From Candidatus Iainarchaeum sp. (GTDB taxonomy: Archaea > Iainarchaeota > Iainarchaeia > Iainarchaeales > JACQJH01), in NCBI GenBank assembly GCA_016205145.1, contig JACQJH010000001.1, positions 360,001-392,000 on the forward strand: 32,000 nucleotides of DNA. The letters run 5' to 3'. Positions within the stretch are counted from its first letter, which is position 1. Each line of letters starts with the position of its first letter. Below, one piece after another: positions 30,828 through 32,000 of this stretch. The notes under the pieces were generated by a model that saw only the letters and a program-made list of their open reading frames with translations, searched no databases and was not told the origin of the DNA. The translations under genes were made by a program, and so were the position numbers.

Positions 30828-31892
30828 CTATTTTTCCTGCGTTGTTTGGTTTGTGTGTTTGTCGTTTATTTCAAATTTGACTTTGTAGTATTTTAGGCTT
30901 ATTTGGTTTTCCACCGGCATTATAGCATAGTCGAGCCTGTTGTCCGGCTCGTTTGTGATTATTATTGCCCTCGCGTTTTCTGATTTGTTCTTTTTTATCC
31001 AGCCCAGGTATCTGAGGGTTTGCCCGACGACTTCGTCGCTTGACCGGCCTTTTTTGAGTTCTATTATGACTTGTTTGCCTTTTTGGTCTTTGCATAGCAG
31101 GTCTATTTTTCCGACTTCTTTTGTGTTGAATTCTTTTTCCGTTAATTGCAGTCCTTTTTCTATCAAATGCGGGTTTTTTGCGAGGTATTCTTTCAGGTCT
31201 TTTTCCAATGAGATTGACGAGTAGTTTTCGAGGATTTCTTCCGGCATTTCAGGGTTTGCGGATTTTTTGCCAAACCATATGAGGTTGTTTACCGACGTGT
31301 ATTTTTCGGTTCCGAGCAGGTTTTTGATTTCTTCGAAAATTATGAAGTTTGTCAGGTAGTCTATTGTTCTGTCCAAGTACTTTGTCGGGTCATCAATGTT
31401 AAAGTGGCGCATTGCCAGTTCATAGGCTTTTTCTTCCTGTTGGGGGCCCAGGTTGAGGGCTTCGGTTGTTTGCCAGGTTATCAGGGGAAATTTTGACGGG
31501 TCTTTGGCGACCAAAAATTGGGAGAGCGTTTGCTGGCCAATTCCTTTGAGCTTAAAGAATTCGTTGACCCTGTTGACAAAGTCGGTTTCGTTTCCAAACA
31601 AAAGCGCGCGCAGTTTTTCGTTGAATTGTTCCAAGCCATTTTCCCGGTATAAAAGGTTTGAAAGCGCCCTGTTGTTGGAAAAATTTCTCATTAAATGAAA
31701 AATCGTGTCAAAATCTTCCGAAGCCAAGTTGTTTCCGGAATCAAAGTTTTTGTCATTGAATATTTTGCTTATTTCCTGTTCTGCCTTGTCTTCCTCGGCT
31801 TTCCACAGCATTGCCTTTTCGGTTTGAAGGCTTTCATTCCATGCCCGCAATTTGTCTATTTGCTCTTCGTAAAAAATTTCACTCACAACCAA
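30828..31892 (-). CDS. two-domain protein: N-terminal HhH-like module plus C-terminal NucS/DUF91-type PD-(D/E)XK endonuclease domain
   Basis: The C-terminus GKIDLLCKDQKGKQVIIELKKGRSSDEVVGQTLRYLGWIKKN...ARAIIITNE is a NucS-like core. The N-terminal LKGIGQQTLSQFLVAKDPSKFPLI is an HhH-like hairpin. The track start is TTG at 31892; a GTG at 31886 has better spacing from AGGTGA. Confidence 0.75.
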   Translation of the reverse strand: MVVSEIFYEEQIDKLRAWNESLQTEKAMLWKAEEDKAEQEISKIFNDKNFDSGNNLASEDFDTIFHLMRNFSNNRALSNLLYRENGLEQFNEKLRALLFGNETDFVNRVNEFFKLKGIGQQTLSQFLVAKDPSKFPLITWQTTEALNLGPQQEEKAYELAMRHFNIDDPTKYLDRTIDYLTNFIIFEEIKNLLGTEKYTSVNNLIWFGKKSANPEMPEEILENYSSISLEKDLKEYLAKNPHLIEKGLQLTEKEFNTKEVGKIDLLCKDQKGKQVIIELKKGRSSDEVVGQTLRYLGWIKKNKSENARAIIITNEPDNRLDYAIMPVENQISLKYYKVKFEINDKHTNQTTQEK

Positions 31893-31904
31893 TCACCTGA
31901 AAGT

Positions 31905-32000
31905 TCACATTCTCGCAATCTTTCCCGCGTCCGTCAGCTTGAATCCTTTTCCGTCTTCTGTTTCTTCGATGAAGCCTCGTTGTTTCAGTTCTTTTAGGTT
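31905..32000 (-). CDS. 3' end of a gene encoding a winged-helix-like C-terminus (...NLKELKQRGFIEETEDGKGFKLTDAGKIARM*), with the 5' end outside the window
   Basis: Hand translation of the minus strand from nt 32000 gives an open frame ending at TGA 31907-31905, 12 nt upstream of the next gene. The L..GlI....dG...LT..G pattern is typical of wHTH wings. The fragment is too short to be in the ORF track. Confidence 0.5.
   Translation of the reverse strand, partial: NLKELKQRGFIEETEDGKGFKLTDAGKIARM

Noticed and set aside
30873-31211. Interpreting the NucS-like domain as the housekeeping NucS/EndoMS mismatch-repair enzyme
   Set aside because: Only the C-terminal nuclease core is NucS-like. The N-terminal ~225 aa are a coiled-coil plus an HhH-like module rather than the NucS N-terminal DNA-binding/dimerisation domain. 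The gene also sits in a compositionally mosaic, nuclease-rich string. A profile search is still needed to confirm.
28823-31897. Shared caatcac at 28823-28829 and 31890-31896 as possible att-like direct repeats flanking the AT-rich genes
   Set aside because: Only 7 nt match. Both are the reverse complement of GTGATTG ribosome-binding/start regions immediately upstream of minus-strand start codons, so the similarity is explained by translation signals.
1-32000. Search for tRNA, rRNA, CRISPR arrays, transposases/integrases and IS-type terminal inverted repeats
   Set aside because: None of the intergenic gaps (longest ~190 nt) shows a tRNA-like cloverleaf with a GTTCRAnnC T-arm, regularly spaced repeats, or recombinase-like ORFs. 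This was a by-eye inspection only, so small ncRNAs cannot be excluded.

Overview
All calls come from reading the sequence and ORF translations and from motif recall. No homology search was run.

The window is almost fully coding, at roughly 50-55% G+C except near the 3' end. Several genes have a T/A-rich TATA-like box ending about 24 nt upstream of the start codon. Others have GGTGA/GAGGTG Shine-Dalgarno sites, and 4- or 8-nt start/stop overlaps are common. This looks archaeal, possibly a small-genome uncultivated lineage, but the taxon cannot be established from the sequence alone.

- **nt 1-23,500: surface-glycan biosynthesis and decoration cluster.** It encodes a GalU fragment, UDP-GlcA decarboxylase, an N-acetylhexosamine-type dehydrogenase and three DegT-family aminotransferases. 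It also has three extended SDRs, GT2 x2, GT4, two GT-C-like membrane enzymes and a Wzx-like flippase. Modifying enzymes include an MBOAT + SGNH O-acylation pair, hexapeptide acetyltransferase, N-formyltransferase, carbamoyltransferase, methyltransferase and a FemAB-like acyl/aminoacyl transferase.
- **nt 23,600-28,100:** a ribbon-helix-helix regulator, PAPS synthesis genes (sat, cysC), a pyruvate kinase lacking its C domain, and an alkaline-phosphatase-superfamily enzyme.
- **nt 28,160-32,000: the most unusual part.** This is a co-directional, tightly packed string of genes:
  - a wHTH fragment;
  - an HhH-like/NucS-like nuclease fusion;
  - an HhH-GPD-like protein;
  - a 408-aa PD-(D/E)XK protein with a large unknown C-terminal region;
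  - an unlisted 58-codon ORF;
  - a Cas4/RecB-like Cys-rich nuclease.

  Two of these genes sit in a strongly AT-rich patch of about 22-35% G+C. No methyltransferase, ATPase, CRISPR array, cas1/cas2 or integrase accompanies them. I flag this string as a candidate undescribed nucleic-acid-targeting (defence-like) system.

No rRNA, tRNA, CRISPR array or transposase was seen.
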